Assembly (NCBI GenBank): GCA_965222155.1
Contig: CBDCTH010000012.1
Span: forward strand, 256,001-320,000
Direction: 5' to 3'
Length of the DNA stretch: 64,000 nt
DNA from: Gammaproteobacteria bacterium
GTDB taxonomy: Bacteria; Pseudomonadota; Gammaproteobacteria; Eutrophobiales; Eutrophobiaceae
Shown here: positions 10,262 to 20,277 of the stretch, one piece after another
How the letters are laid out: every line of letters starts with the position of its first letter
How positions within the stretch are numbered: position 1 is the stretch's first letter
Translations under genes and position numbers: made by a program
The notes under the pieces: generated by a model
What the model saw: only the letters and a program-made list of their open reading frames with translations
Database searches by the model: none
What the model was told of the DNA's origin: nothing

Positions 10262-10453
10262 TTCACTGGATTCCGGCTTTCGCCGGAATGACAAACGGGG
10301 GGCAGGAATGACGAGAGAAGGGGGCAGGAATGACGAGAGAAGGGCGCAGGAATGCCTGCCCCTACTTACGACCGTAGGTGCAGGCTCAGCATGCTGTAAG
10401 CAGGGGATGAACCAGAGGGGGTATCTCCGAGAACGGATTTCAAATCCGTCCCC
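10262..10453. repeat. REP cluster: family B hairpin, 22-bp tandem units, GTAG-type hairpin, family A palindrome
   Basis: ctggattccggctttcgccggaatgac; gcaggaatgacgagagaaggg(g/c) repeated about 2.4 times (10302-10354); cctgcccctac...gtaggtgcagg; acggatttcaaatccgtcccc. Confidence 0.8.
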
Positions 10454-11696
10454 TGTTACTTAACGTAGTCAAACCATAATAGACGATGGTTGCCGTCAGG
10501 ATTGAATCAAGGCTTGCGATTCCTGAAATGGAAAACCGGTCTGCCTCCGCCAGGTAACCGACCAGCACAGCAATGCCCCAGGCGCTGAACGCGTCCATAT
10601 TGATGCCGGGTTTTGCCGCCGCTATATCTATTTCATTCCCGCCGCGCCGGAAAAGAATAACGTCCAGGACATAAATGCTTGCAATCGGCGGTACCGTTAC
10701 GCCCAGCAACACCAGGAAAGAGATCAGGTAATCATCGGAATACATGAACGCAAGCGCAGTTCCTGTAACTCCTGTGGCCAGGATAAGCTGCCACAGACGC
10801 GCACGGGTGAAGATGGTTGACATTGACAGGCCCGATGAATACAGGCACAGCACATTGCTGCACCATGAACTGAGCAGCAACAGAAAAAAAGCGGGAACAC
10901 CGATACCCAGCGTGACCATGATCATGATCAGGTTCGACACCCCGGTGGCGACACTGGGTATGGCCGCCAGGAAAAAAACCAGTGCCTGCACCGCCCACAG
11001 GGCGATAAAGACCGCCCACATCGCGTGGCGTACATTCTTCGCAAAACGGCTGTAGTCAGGCTGGATGACCACGCCGACGATGTATCCGCCGACGACCGAT
11101 GAGATCGCGGTGGAATAACTTAACGGCTGCGCGCCGGGACTGCCCCGGTTCCATGAGGAGATATCATCCCAGGAAAGCCAGGCGGCATAGAACAGGAAGA
11201 CCAGCATGACAGGCACCAGGCACAATGCGAGTTTGTCGATGCCCTTGAATCCGGACAGGGTGACACCGATCATCAGGCAGGAACCTGTAACGATGTACGC
11301 CCACACGGGGACACCCGGACCGAACAGGTCCTGTATGACCAGGTCTGCCGCAGCGGCGAATACATTGATGATGACCCCATACCAGCCGATCAGCGTCAGT
11401 GCGATGATGAAGTTTACGAACTTGCCGCCTGTCCTGCCGAACGCGAACCCGGTCAGCATATAGGTCGAATACCTTGTCCTGGTGCCGACGTAACTGGTCA
11501 GAGCGCCGAGGCTTCCCAGAATGAAACAACCGGTCAGGAATGCAACAGTTGCTTTTTCCAGTCCCAGGCTGCCTCCTACCTTGGCAGCCTGCAAAAATCC
11601 GGGAATTCCGATGACTCCGCCGACAATGATCATGCCGACGTGAATGCCGCTGTAGGTCTTGTCGCGGGGCACCTGTTCCCGGGAAAAATCGTCCAT
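10440..11696 (-). CDS. NCS1 / cytosine-purine permease family transporter
   Basis: Multi-TM protein; GWYGV, QPDYSRFAK, NVLCLYSSGL, VPPIASIY. Probable ATG at 11696 (the ORF extends to 11729). Confidence 0.9.
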   Translation of the reverse strand: MDDFSREQVPRDKTYSGIHVGMIIVGGVIGIPGFLQAAKVGGSLGLEKATVAFLTGCFILGSLGALTSYVGTRTRYSTYMLTGFAFGRTGGKFVNFIIALTLIGWYGVIINVFAAAADLVIQDLFGPGVPVWAYIVTGSCLMIGVTLSGFKGIDKLALCLVPVMLVFLFYAAWLSWDDISSWNRGSPGAQPLSYSTAISSVVGGYIVGVVIQPDYSRFAKNVRHAMWAVFIALWAVQALVFFLAAIPSVATGVSNLIMIMVTLGIGVPAFFLLLLSSWCSNVLCLYSSGLSMSTIFTRARLWQLILATGVTGTALAFMYSDDYLISFLVLLGVTVPPIASIYVLDVILFRRGGNEIDIAAAKPGINMDAFSAWGIAVLVGYLAEADRFSISGIASLDSILTATIVYYGLTTLSNRGRI

Positions 11697-11732
11697 ACCA
11701 CAGTATGTACAGGCAGCGACAGGCGCCACAAG

Positions 11733-11748
11733 CTACCCTAACGAGTGG
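11733..11748. promoter_or_regulatory. Palindromic operator box CTACCC-TAAC-GAGTGG in a divergent promoter
   Basis: Flanked by CAAG/CTTG; followed by TTGACA (11750-11755) and AATAAT (11772-11777). Confidence 0.65.
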
Positions 11749-12009
11749 CTTGACAATGAGCCGCCCTCGCCAATAATCTACGGTTGACTGCAATCATTAA
11801 AAATTCGAACAGGTGACCGTGAATGTCCGCTCTTCTATCAGTACTGGCTCACTGCTATTTTCTTGCGGCGCTGGTATTTAATGTGGCTGGCCAGGCGCTG
11901 CTTTATATGACCGGCAGGAAACTTGCGCCCACGGATACTGTTCCCGGCTGCATCGTCCTGCCGTTCGCCATGTTTTACCCCGGATCCCGACGATGACAGG
12001 TGTGATGCC

Positions 12010-14094
12010 GTGAGGAGAATCAGGGCGGCCACGGACGTGGGAGGCACCTTTACTGATCTCGTTTATTACGAGATCGACGAGGAGTCCGGCGTTATGGAGT
12101 CGTTCAGGACCGAAAAGGCGCACACCACACCGCCGGACTTCGAAAAAGGCGTCCTGGATTCACTCGACAAGGCCGGTCTGGATTATGCCGCCATCGATTT
12201 TTTTGCTCACGGCACCACCGTGGTTATTAACGCGCTGACGGAACGCAAGGGCGCCAGGACCGGATTGATAACCACATACGGGTTTCGCGACGTACTGGAA
12301 ATCGCCCGCGGCAATCGCCCCGATTTCTTTAACCTGCGTTATCGGAAACCGAAGCCGTTTGTGCCCCGTCACCTGCGGCGAGAGATCAGGGGGCGCATGT
12401 CCTACAAGGGAGATGTCCTGGCCGAACTTCGGCTGGACGATTTGCCGCCGATCATTGAAGATTTCAAGGCGGCGGGCGTCGGTGCAGTGGCGATCTGCCT
12501 GCTGCACTCCTATGCCAATCCCGTCCATGAGAAGGCAGTCTTGAACAAGGTACGGGAGTTATGGCCGGAGGTTGCAAGCGTCGCTTCACACCAGTTGTCA
12601 CAGGAATGGCGCGAGTACGAGCGCAGCAACACGGCCGTCCTGTGCGCGTACGTACGGCCCGGCACCGGGAAATACCTGGCAGGGATGGAAGGCGCATTGA
12701 AAACGCGGGGCTTCAACGGTTCATTTTACATCATGCAATCAAATGGCGGCATCGATACGGTCAACGCGGTCAGGGAGGCCCCCATCACAATCGTGGAATC
12801 AGGACCGGCAAGCGGCGTGCTGGGCGCGGCTTCCCTGGGCAAACTGCTCGGCCTGGAAAACATCATCGCATTCGACGTCGGCGGCACCACGGCCAAATGT
12901 TCCCTGCTCGACCGCGGCAGGGTCGCGACCACGAATCGTTACGTGATAGAACGGAGTGACGTGTCCAGCGGCTACCCCATTATGACCCCGGTGGTCGATA
13001 TCGTCGAGATTGGCAACGGCGGCGGTTCCATCGGCTGGGTCGACGAACACGCCAGGATGCATGTCGGCCCCCGCAGCGCGGGAGCCCTGCCAGGACCGGT
13101 AGCCTATAACCGAGGAGGGACGGAACCGACCACGACCGATGCCAACCTGCTGCTGGCGCGCATTAATCCCCGCTACTTTATCGGAGGCAGCATCAAGCCC
13201 GATATGGATGCAGTGCGATCGGCGCTGGCCCGTCTCGGCACACAATCCGGGATGGAACCCGAAGAAGCGGCGCGCGGGATGATTCGCATCGCCAACCACA
13301 ATATGGTGAACGCCCTGAAGCTGGTCTCCATCAACCGGGGGTACGACCCCAGGGATTTCACGATGATCGCCTTCGGCGGCGGCGGCGCCATGCACGCCAG
13401 CGCACTGGCGGCCGAACTGAATATACCGAAGGTCGTTATACCGGCACATTGCGCGGTATTCTCCGCCTGGGGAATGCTGATGTCGGACCTGCGCCGCGAC
13501 TATGTCCGCACCAGACCGGCGCTGCTTGACGAATCCAGGGCCGATGAACTGGTTGGGATCATCAGCGAGATGGAGCAGGCAGCCCGCACTGCCTACCTGG
13601 AAGAAGGTATCAGTGCAGACGCCATCTATTTTGAGCGCCTGGCTGACATGAGATATGAGGGACAGGAGCACACCATAAGCGTACACCTGCCGGCCGGGAA
13701 ATTCAGTGCAGCTGAAATCGGTGAACTGATCGACCGGTTCAAAGACGCCTACGAGCGTGAATACACCTATCGACTGGATAACGAGGTTGAAATAGTGAGT
13801 TACAACCTTATCGCCTATGCAGCAGTTGATCGGCCGGAACTCGCAAAACTCCCCAACAGAGGAGAGACTGCTGATGCCGTCAAGGGAATGCGGCCCGTGG
13901 ACTTTGACGAGCAGGGCATCCGTGAGACAAAGATCTATGACAGGGAAAAATTACCCGCCCGGGCCGAATTCAGCGGCCCGGCCATCGTCGAAGAAGCGGG
14001 CAGCACAACAGTGCTGTTCCCGGGCCAGTCTGCACGCGTGGACGAATACGGCAACCTGCACATCACAATTCAGGAGTCTGCACTGTGGCAATGA
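12010..14094 (+). CDS. Hydantoinase/5-oxoprolinase subunit A (copy 1)
   Basis: DVGGTFTD, HGTTVVINAL, MQSNGG, ESGPASG, DVGGTT, FGGGGAMH. GTG 12010 is the likely start. Confidence 0.93.
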   Translation: MRRIRAATDVGGTFTDLVYYEIDEESGVMESFRTEKAHTTPPDFEKGVLDSLDKAGLDYAAIDFFAHGTTVVINALTERKGARTGLITTYGFRDVLEIARGNRPDFFNLRYRKPKPFVPRHLRREIRGRMSYKGDVLAELRLDDLPPIIEDFKAAGVGAVAICLLHSYANPVHEKAVLNKVRELWPEVASVASHQLSQEWREYERSNTAVLCAYVRPGTGKYLAGMEGALKTRGFNGSFYIMQSNGGIDTVNAVREAPITIVESGPASGVLGAASLGKLLGLENIIAFDVGGTTAKCSLLDRGRVATTNRYVIERSDVSSGYPIMTPVVDIVEIGNGGGSIGWVDEHARMHVGPRSAGALPGPVAYNRGGTEPTTTDANLLLARINPRYFIGGSIKPDMDAVRSALARLGTQSGMEPEEAARGMIRIANHNMVNALKLVSINRGYDPRDFTMIAFGGGGAMHASALAAELNIPKVVIPAHCAVFSAWGMLMSDLRRDYVRTRPALLDESRADELVGIISEMEQAARTAYLEEGISADAIYFERLADMRYEGQEHTISVHLPAGKFSAAEIGELIDRFKDAYEREYTYRLDNEVEIVSYNLIAYAAVDRPELAKLPNRGETADAVKGMRPVDFDEQGIRETKIYDREKLPARAEFSGPAIVEEAGSTTVLFPGQSARVDEYGNLHITIQESALWQ

Positions 14095-15752
14095 CAACCG
14101 TACACGACCCGATCACGATCAAAATTATCCAGAGTTCCCTGAAGGCCATCACCGATGAGATGTTCGCGACGATGCGCAAGACTGCCATGAGTTCCATTAT
14201 CTACGAAGTTCTCGATTTCGGCGTGGCGCTGACGGACGCACAGGGAAACCTTGCCAGCTCAGGCGCCGGGATACCCGGTTTTATCGGCATGCTTGAACCC
14301 GGTATAAAAACAGTCATCAGGAAATTCAGCCCGCACCGGGATATCAGGGACGGCGATATATTCATCACTAACATACCTCATTACGGTGGAGTGAGCCACC
14401 TGAATGACGTCGTACTGATCCTTCCCGTGTTTGCCGGTCGGAACATCATCGGCTGGCTCGCCAACAAGGCGCACTGGGTAGATATCGGCGGCGCTTACCC
14501 GGGCAGCATCAGTCCGGATGCGTTGGATATATACCAGGAAGGGTTACAGATACCTACTGTTAAGGTCATAGATCGCGGCGAGCCGAACCAGGCAGTGCTG
14601 GATATCATCAAGATGAACAGCCGTCTACCGGAAACGACCGAGGGCGACTTCTGGGCCGGTGTCGCTTCCATGCGCGCCGGGGAAAAACGCTTCTCGGGGC
14701 TGGTCGCCAAGTACGGCAAGGACGCGCTGCTCTACGCAATTGACGACTATATCGCACTCGGTGAAGAGATTTCCCGGCGCGTACTGAAGACATTGCCGAA
14801 AGGCAAATTTTGCGCAAGCGAAGTGATCGATGACGGGCGCACAATCAAGGTTGCCATAACAATCACGGAGGATCAGTTCATCGTCGACCTGACAGGTAAT
14901 CCGGAGCAGAGCAAATCAGCTTTCAATACCTCTTATGATGCAACGGTTGTCGATGCCAGGATGATCTTCAAAGCCATTGCGAGTCCCCGTTCCTTTGCCA
15001 ATGCAGGCACCTTCAAGCCGGTGCAGGTCCTGGTCGATGAGGGCTCGATATTCGCCGCGCAATACCCGTCGGCCATGAGCGTGTACTATGAAGTCGGCAT
15101 CATGCTGTTCGACCTGCTCTGGAAGGCGCTCGCCCCGGTATTGGGCGACTACCTGCCGGCAGGGCATTACGCGTCCATCTGCGGAACCTTTATCGGCGGC
15201 CCCCATCCCGATACCGGCAAGCCGCACAGCATTGTCGAGCCGCAATTGGGCGGATGGGGCGCGTGCCGTGATGACGACGGCATCAACGCGATGTATACCG
15301 GCCATCATGGCGATACGTTCAATTGTCCGGTCGAGGTCACGGAACAGAGAAACGGCCTGCTGGTCGACCGTTTTTGCCTGAACGAGGAACCGGGGGGAGA
15401 GGGTGAATTCATCGGTGGCAAGGGGATCAACCTGGACTATCGCATCCTGCGCGACGAGTGGTGGATCACCATGTCTTACGTCCGTTCGGAAAACGGTCCC
15501 TGGGGGCTGGACGGCGGACTCGAGGGCACAACGAATTACATCAAGGTAGTGCGTACGGATGGGCAGGAAAAAAGGTATCGCTCCTGTACCGCGCTGCCGC
15601 TGGGCCGCGGCGACGTGGTCAAGGTCGTCACTGCCACCGGTGGCGGTTACGGCGACCCGCGCTGCAGGCCGCGCAACAAAGTCCTTGAAGACCTGAAAAA
15701 CGGCTACATCTCTCCGGAACGTGCTAGGAAAATCTATGGTGTCAATACCTGA
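14085..15752 (+). CDS. Hydantoinase/5-oxoprolinase subunit B (copy 1)
   Basis: TAMSSIIYEVLDF, SHLNDV, AHWVDIGG, QEGLQIP, GEGEFIGGKG, TGGGYGDP; overlaps the subunit A stop. Confidence 0.93.
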   Translation: MAMTTVHDPITIKIIQSSLKAITDEMFATMRKTAMSSIIYEVLDFGVALTDAQGNLASSGAGIPGFIGMLEPGIKTVIRKFSPHRDIRDGDIFITNIPHYGGVSHLNDVVLILPVFAGRNIIGWLANKAHWVDIGGAYPGSISPDALDIYQEGLQIPTVKVIDRGEPNQAVLDIIKMNSRLPETTEGDFWAGVASMRAGEKRFSGLVAKYGKDALLYAIDDYIALGEEISRRVLKTLPKGKFCASEVIDDGRTIKVAITITEDQFIVDLTGNPEQSKSAFNTSYDATVVDARMIFKAIASPRSFANAGTFKPVQVLVDEGSIFAAQYPSAMSVYYEVGIMLFDLLWKALAPVLGDYLPAGHYASICGTFIGGPHPDTGKPHSIVEPQLGGWGACRDDDGINAMYTGHHGDTFNCPVEVTEQRNGLLVDRFCLNEEPGGEGEFIGGKGINLDYRILRDEWWITMSYVRSENGPWGLDGGLEGTTNYIKVVRTDGQEKRYRSCTALPLGRGDVVKVVTATGGGYGDPRCRPRNKVLEDLKNGYISPERARKIYGVNT

Positions 15753-17851
15753 TCGGCGTGGTAATTACCAAACCTGTCGATAGTAACCACGCATCCGGGC
15801 GGGACCACCATGCTGACGGACGGTTCCTGGATAACGGCCGGGCCGTCGAGCTTTATACCCGGCTCCAGTCGCAGCCCGTCATAGATAACGGCATCGTGTA
15901 TGCCGTGCCGGTCAAAATCCACTTTACGCACGTGCAGGACGGCATCCTCCGGCCTCAACCCGGTTTGCGGTTTTTCCAGGAGGTCGGGTTTGTCCACCGC
16001 CACACTCGCCACCAGGTGCAGGTTCACCACCTGGAGTTCCGCATCATCGAGACGGTAGGTATAGCGTTTCTCATGAGCGGCATTGAATCGCTCCGCCGCA
16101 AGCACCAGATCCACCCGGCCATCGGCAAAAGGAAACAGAATTTTGACGGTATGCTCCTGGCCGCGATAACGCATATCGGCATGGTAATCGAATCCTATCT
16201 CGGGGTCCCCCGAACCGAGGCCGTCGGCGCCATAATCCTTGCGCGCCCGGCCGATCAATGCGTTAAAAACCTGCGCCAGCTTATCCGCGTTGCCCGGCTC
16301 CAGCGCCAGGGGACAGGTCTGCAGGTAATCACGGCGCAGGTCCGTCAGCAACATCCCCCAGGCCGAGAAAACGGCAGAGTTGACCGGTACGATGACACGC
16401 CGCACCTGCAATTCTTCGGCTAGGTCCAAGGCATGGAGCGCTCCTCCCCCGCCGAAGGCAACCAGGGTGAAATCGCGCGGATCATAGCCCTTGTTCGTGG
16501 ACACCAGCCTGAGCGCGTTGGTCATATTGGCATTGGCAACCCTGACCACACCCCTGGCCAGCTCATCCCGCGTCATGCCGAGCCTGTCCTGCAGCGGTTT
16601 GAAAGCGGCATTGACCGCATCCCAGTCCGGCTGCACGGCGCCACCGACAAAACTGTCCGGGTCAATCCTTCCCAGCACCAGGTTGGCGTCGGTTGTCGTT
16701 ACCCTGGTCCCTCCCTTGCCGTAGGACGCCGGTCCCGGCAGTGCTCCCGCGGACTGCGGTCCGACGTGCAGCCTGTTGCCCTCGTCTATCCAGGCGATGG
16801 AACCGCCGCCGTTACCGATCTCGACAAGTTCGGTAACCGGGGTCTGGATGGGATAGCCGGGCATTTTGCGGTCCCTGTTGATATGGTATTCTGTGGTGAT
16901 CCTGATCTCGCCGTTCTCAACCAGGGCGCATTTCGCCGTGGTGCCGCCTATATCCAGGACGATCAGGTTTTCCTCGCCGATGTTACTGCCCAGACTGGCC
17001 GCGGCAAAAATACCGCTGGCAGGCCCGGACTCCACCATGGCAATCGGATTGGACCTGGCGGCTTCCATCGTGGCGATGCCGCCGTTTGACTGCATCATGT
17101 AGGGTTTCCCGGTGAAACCGCCCGCAAGCAGATGTCGCTCCAGGGACTCGATATATTTTTTGGCGACGGGATGGACACAGGCGGCCAGCACCGTGGTACT
17201 GGTGCGTTCGTATTCCCGCCATTCCCGGCTGATTTGGTGGGAAGCCAGGACGGATACGTCAGGCCACAGCACTTTAATCTGCTCCGCTGCACTCACCTCG
17301 TTTTCCGGGTTGATGTATGAATGGAGAAAACAGACGGCTATGGCTTCCACCCCTTCCGCTTTAAAGAAATCCAGCAACGCCGGCAACGGTGACAGGCACA
17401 CCGCTTTCTGCACCTCGCCCTTGTAGTTGACGCGTTCGTTGAGTTCCGCCCTGAGATAGCGTTCGACAAAAGGCTTGGGTTTCCTGAAATTGAAGTTGAA
17501 CAGGTCCGGCCGGTTGCCGCGGGCCAACTCCAGGACATCTCGAAATCCCTTTGTGGTAATCAGGGCAGTCTTGACACCTTTCTTTTCCGTCAGGGCATTG
17601 ATGACCAGGGTGGAACCGTGGGCAAAAAACGCCAAGTCGGCGGGAGAGATCTCAGCCTTCTCCATGGCGACCATCACCCCTGTTTCAAAATCAGGCGGGG
17701 TGGTATCGGTCTTTACCGACTGTACGGTTCCGCAGGCGCCTGTCCCTGTGTCAATCCGGTAATATACGAGATCGGTAAAGGTTCCGCCTACGTCGCTGGC
17801 TGCCCTGAACTTGTCCTTTGCTCGCTTAAAAGTCGTATCGGTACTCAACAC
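15734..17851 (-). CDS. Hydantoinase/5-oxoprolinase subunit A (copy 2)
   Basis: DVGGTFTD, ESGPASG, DIGGTT, FGGGGALH; diverged paralog of 12010..14094; start uncertain. Confidence 0.92.
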   Translation of the reverse strand: MLSTDTTFKRAKDKFRAASDVGGTFTDLVYYRIDTGTGACGTVQSVKTDTTPPDFETGVMVAMEKAEISPADLAFFAHGSTLVINALTEKKGVKTALITTKGFRDVLELARGNRPDLFNFNFRKPKPFVERYLRAELNERVNYKGEVQKAVCLSPLPALLDFFKAEGVEAIAVCFLHSYINPENEVSAAEQIKVLWPDVSVLASHQISREWREYERTSTTVLAACVHPVAKKYIESLERHLLAGGFTGKPYMMQSNGGIATMEAARSNPIAMVESGPASGIFAAASLGSNIGEENLIVLDIGGTTAKCALVENGEIRITTEYHINRDRKMPGYPIQTPVTELVEIGNGGGSIAWIDEGNRLHVGPQSAGALPGPASYGKGGTRVTTTDANLVLGRIDPDSFVGGAVQPDWDAVNAAFKPLQDRLGMTRDELARGVVRVANANMTNALRLVSTNKGYDPRDFTLVAFGGGGALHALDLAEELQVRRVIVPVNSAVFSAWGMLLTDLRRDYLQTCPLALEPGNADKLAQVFNALIGRARKDYGADGLGSGDPEIGFDYHADMRYRGQEHTVKILFPFADGRVDLVLAAERFNAAHEKRYTYRLDDAELQVVNLHLVASVAVDKPDLLEKPQTGLRPEDAVLHVRKVDFDRHGIHDAVIYDGLRLEPGIKLDGPAVIQEPSVSMVVPPGCVVTIDRFGNYHADQVLTP

Positions 17852-20144
17852 GCCAGACCCTGGGGGGAGCCGGATGCAGGAACAACGGCGTCACCACTTC
17901 GGAGTTGTATTCTTCATCCGTGAGGTTATTGATATAGGTCGCCAGCGTCCATTTATCGCCTCTCATTCCGAAACGCAGGTTGACCAGGTCCAGGGGCGAC
18001 CTCGGATGCGTGTTTTCCGGTGTCCAGAACTGCTTGCCGCGGCGTTCGTAGTCTACCCTGGCAAACAGCGCGGCTCCGTCGAACACGTTGAACTCGACGT
18101 GTGCGCCGGCATTGATGGTGTATTCGGCGATGTACGGTAACTCATTGCCTACCGTCGCAGGCCTTTCCTCATATTCGATAATTTCTCCGTCAGTCTGGCC
18201 GTAGGCCGCATAGACGTCAATATTATCAGAAACCCGCCAGACTCCCTCTATCTCAAACCCATCCAGTTCCCCTTCATCGATGTCTTCAAAAACCTGTACG
18301 AACGCCAGGCCGTCAAAGGGAAAATACTGGGTGTTGTCGACCGTAGAATTGAAATAGGCCAGATTCAGACTGAAAGGCCCGTAGTTCATTTTTGCTCCCA
18401 GTTCCCAGGCGGTATTATCTTCCTGCTCGATAAACTCCTTGGCCGTAGCGCTTATCACCCCGATACCGGGATAATTGAACTGGCCGGCCCGGTAGCCGAT
18501 ACCCCAGCTACCGTAGAGATTGATCTCGTCCGACACCTGATAGCGCAGGGTAATCTTGGGTTGAAATTTGCTGTAGGTCTGCTCACTGACCTCGGTTGAG
18601 CGCCGGGTGTACATCAGCAGTTCATCAAACGTTGCGTAAGCACCGCAGTTGACTGCCTGCATGGGAAAGTTGATGGCGTCACAGCCCACCGCCCCGTAAG
18701 GATGGTTCACTCCGGACCCATCAGCCTGCCGGTACACCCGCCCGGCGGTGTTATAAGGGTTCACGTTCTGTTCCCGGGTCTCCTCGTCATAACGGGCTGC
18801 CAGGGATAAGGTCAGCCGCTCCATCACGTCCCAGTCGATGCTGCCGAATACCGCCCAGGCATAACTGTCTTCCAGGAAGGACAGAAAAGCGCCCGGGGCG
18901 ACCCCGCTGGGGTTGGTGCTGTTTTCGAATGCGGGCACGACCGTAGGACGCAGAATACCCTGTCCCTTATCCTCCCCCGTTACGGTAGTGCGCAGGCGCT
19001 CCCAGGACAGGTAATAGGCGCCCGCCTGCCAGCGCAGAGGGCCGTCCGACTTGGAAGTCAGCCGCAATTCCTGGCTCCAGCCGTCGACGTCCACGTAGGT
19101 ATGCTGAGTGCCGTCCAGGATCGATAAATAAGGCCCCTGGTCGGCTACCGAAGAGGTTTCCAGTTCATCATAGGTGGTCACAGACTTGAAATCGGCAAAG
19201 CCCAGGTCATAGTTCAGCTTGACGGAAAAACCGACAGTTTCGCGCCGGCCGCGGTCGGGATTGTTTGCCACGTAGGGAAGTCCTGTCAAATTGGCGCCTT
19301 TTGCGTTGATTTCGTCCGTCGTCACGCCCAGTTCAGCCGCAGTGCCTACAAAAAACCCGAATACCTCGAAGTTTGCCGCGCCGGGCCAATGGAAACCGAT
19401 ACCCTTGCCCTTGTGCTTGGAATACTGAACCTTGAAATCTACGTCAAGGGCAGCAGTGGGCGTCCAGGTGACGCGGCCACGCAGAGTCCTGTCATTGTAG
19501 GGGTTTGTCTCATCATCCAAGGTGACGTTCCTGAAATAGCCGTCCCGCTCCAGCATGCGTCCGGACAGGCGCACTGCCAGCGTATCCGTAACAGGGCCGC
19601 TGAAAGACCCTTCAATGGCAATCTCGTCCGCCTCGCCGTAACTCGCCTTGATATGACCTTCCGGTTCCTCGCTTGGGGCCTTGGTGGTGATGATGATGGC
19701 CCCATTGGAAGCATTGCGGCCATACAGCGCTCCCTGCGGACCTTTCACCACTTCAATCTGCTCGGTATCGAACACCTGGCCGATAAACTGGCGGGCATTG
19801 ACTACCAGAACATCATCCACCACGACGGCAACCGGCAACTCGCCGTTGCGCACCCGGCTGAGGCCGCGCACCGTGAGAAAGGACGTGCCGATGGTCTGTG
19901 ATTCGGCCAGGGTGACATTAGGGGTGAGCTGGATGAAATCGGCCGTCTGGGTGATCCCCGCTTCTTCAATCTGCTCTGCGGTAAAGGCGCTCACCGTGAT
20001 CGGGGCATCCTGTATATTCTCTCTTACCTTACGAGCGGTAACGATGATTTCCTCCAGGACGGACTGTGCGGATACGGGTTGCCAGAGCCCCGTTAACACA
20101 ATAACGGAAATGCCGCATACGATTGACAGTTTGCAACTCTTCAT
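17826..20144 (-). CDS. TonB-dependent receptor
   Basis: Signal peptide, EEIIVTARK, IEVVKGPQGALYGRNA, C-terminal YRYDF; RBS upstream of ATG 20144. Confidence 0.93.
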   Translation of the reverse strand: MKSCKLSIVCGISVIVLTGLWQPVSAQSVLEEIIVTARKVRENIQDAPITVSAFTAEQIEEAGITQTADFIQLTPNVTLAESQTIGTSFLTVRGLSRVRNGELPVAVVVDDVLVVNARQFIGQVFDTEQIEVVKGPQGALYGRNASNGAIIITTKAPSEEPEGHIKASYGEADEIAIEGSFSGPVTDTLAVRLSGRMLERDGYFRNVTLDDETNPYNDRTLRGRVTWTPTAALDVDFKVQYSKHKGKGIGFHWPGAANFEVFGFFVGTAAELGVTTDEINAKGANLTGLPYVANNPDRGRRETVGFSVKLNYDLGFADFKSVTTYDELETSSVADQGPYLSILDGTQHTYVDVDGWSQELRLTSKSDGPLRWQAGAYYLSWERLRTTVTGEDKGQGILRPTVVPAFENSTNPSGVAPGAFLSFLEDSYAWAVFGSIDWDVMERLTLSLAARYDEETREQNVNPYNTAGRVYRQADGSGVNHPYGAVGCDAINFPMQAVNCGAYATFDELLMYTRRSTEVSEQTYSKFQPKITLRYQVSDEINLYGSWGIGYRAGQFNYPGIGVISATAKEFIEQEDNTAWELGAKMNYGPFSLNLAYFNSTVDNTQYFPFDGLAFVQVFEDIDEGELDGFEIEGVWRVSDNIDVYAAYGQTDGEIIEYEERPATVGNELPYIAEYTINAGAHVEFNVFDGAALFARVDYERRGKQFWTPENTHPRSPLDLVNLRFGMRGDKWTLATYINNLTDEEYNSEVVTPLFLHPAPPRVWRVEYRYDF

Positions 20145-20261
20145 AAGAATTCCCCTAAAGTGAACATAGACAAACCCAAGATAGACCACATGGTGACACC
20201 GCTTCAAATACGCAAAAGAGTAGTTCAGTATCTGTCCGGTTATCTCGCTCAACAGTTTTAG

Positions 20262-20277
20262 CTACCCGTTCAGGTAG
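20262..20277. promoter_or_regulatory. Palindromic operator box CTACCC-GTTC-AGGTAG upstream of the TonB receptor
   Basis: Matches the recurring motif; overlaps the stop codon of subunit B copy 2. Confidence 0.5.

Noticed and set aside
10302-10354. 22-bp tandem units as a CRISPR array
   Set aside because: The units are contiguous with no unique spacers, no cas genes are present, and they derive from REP family B.
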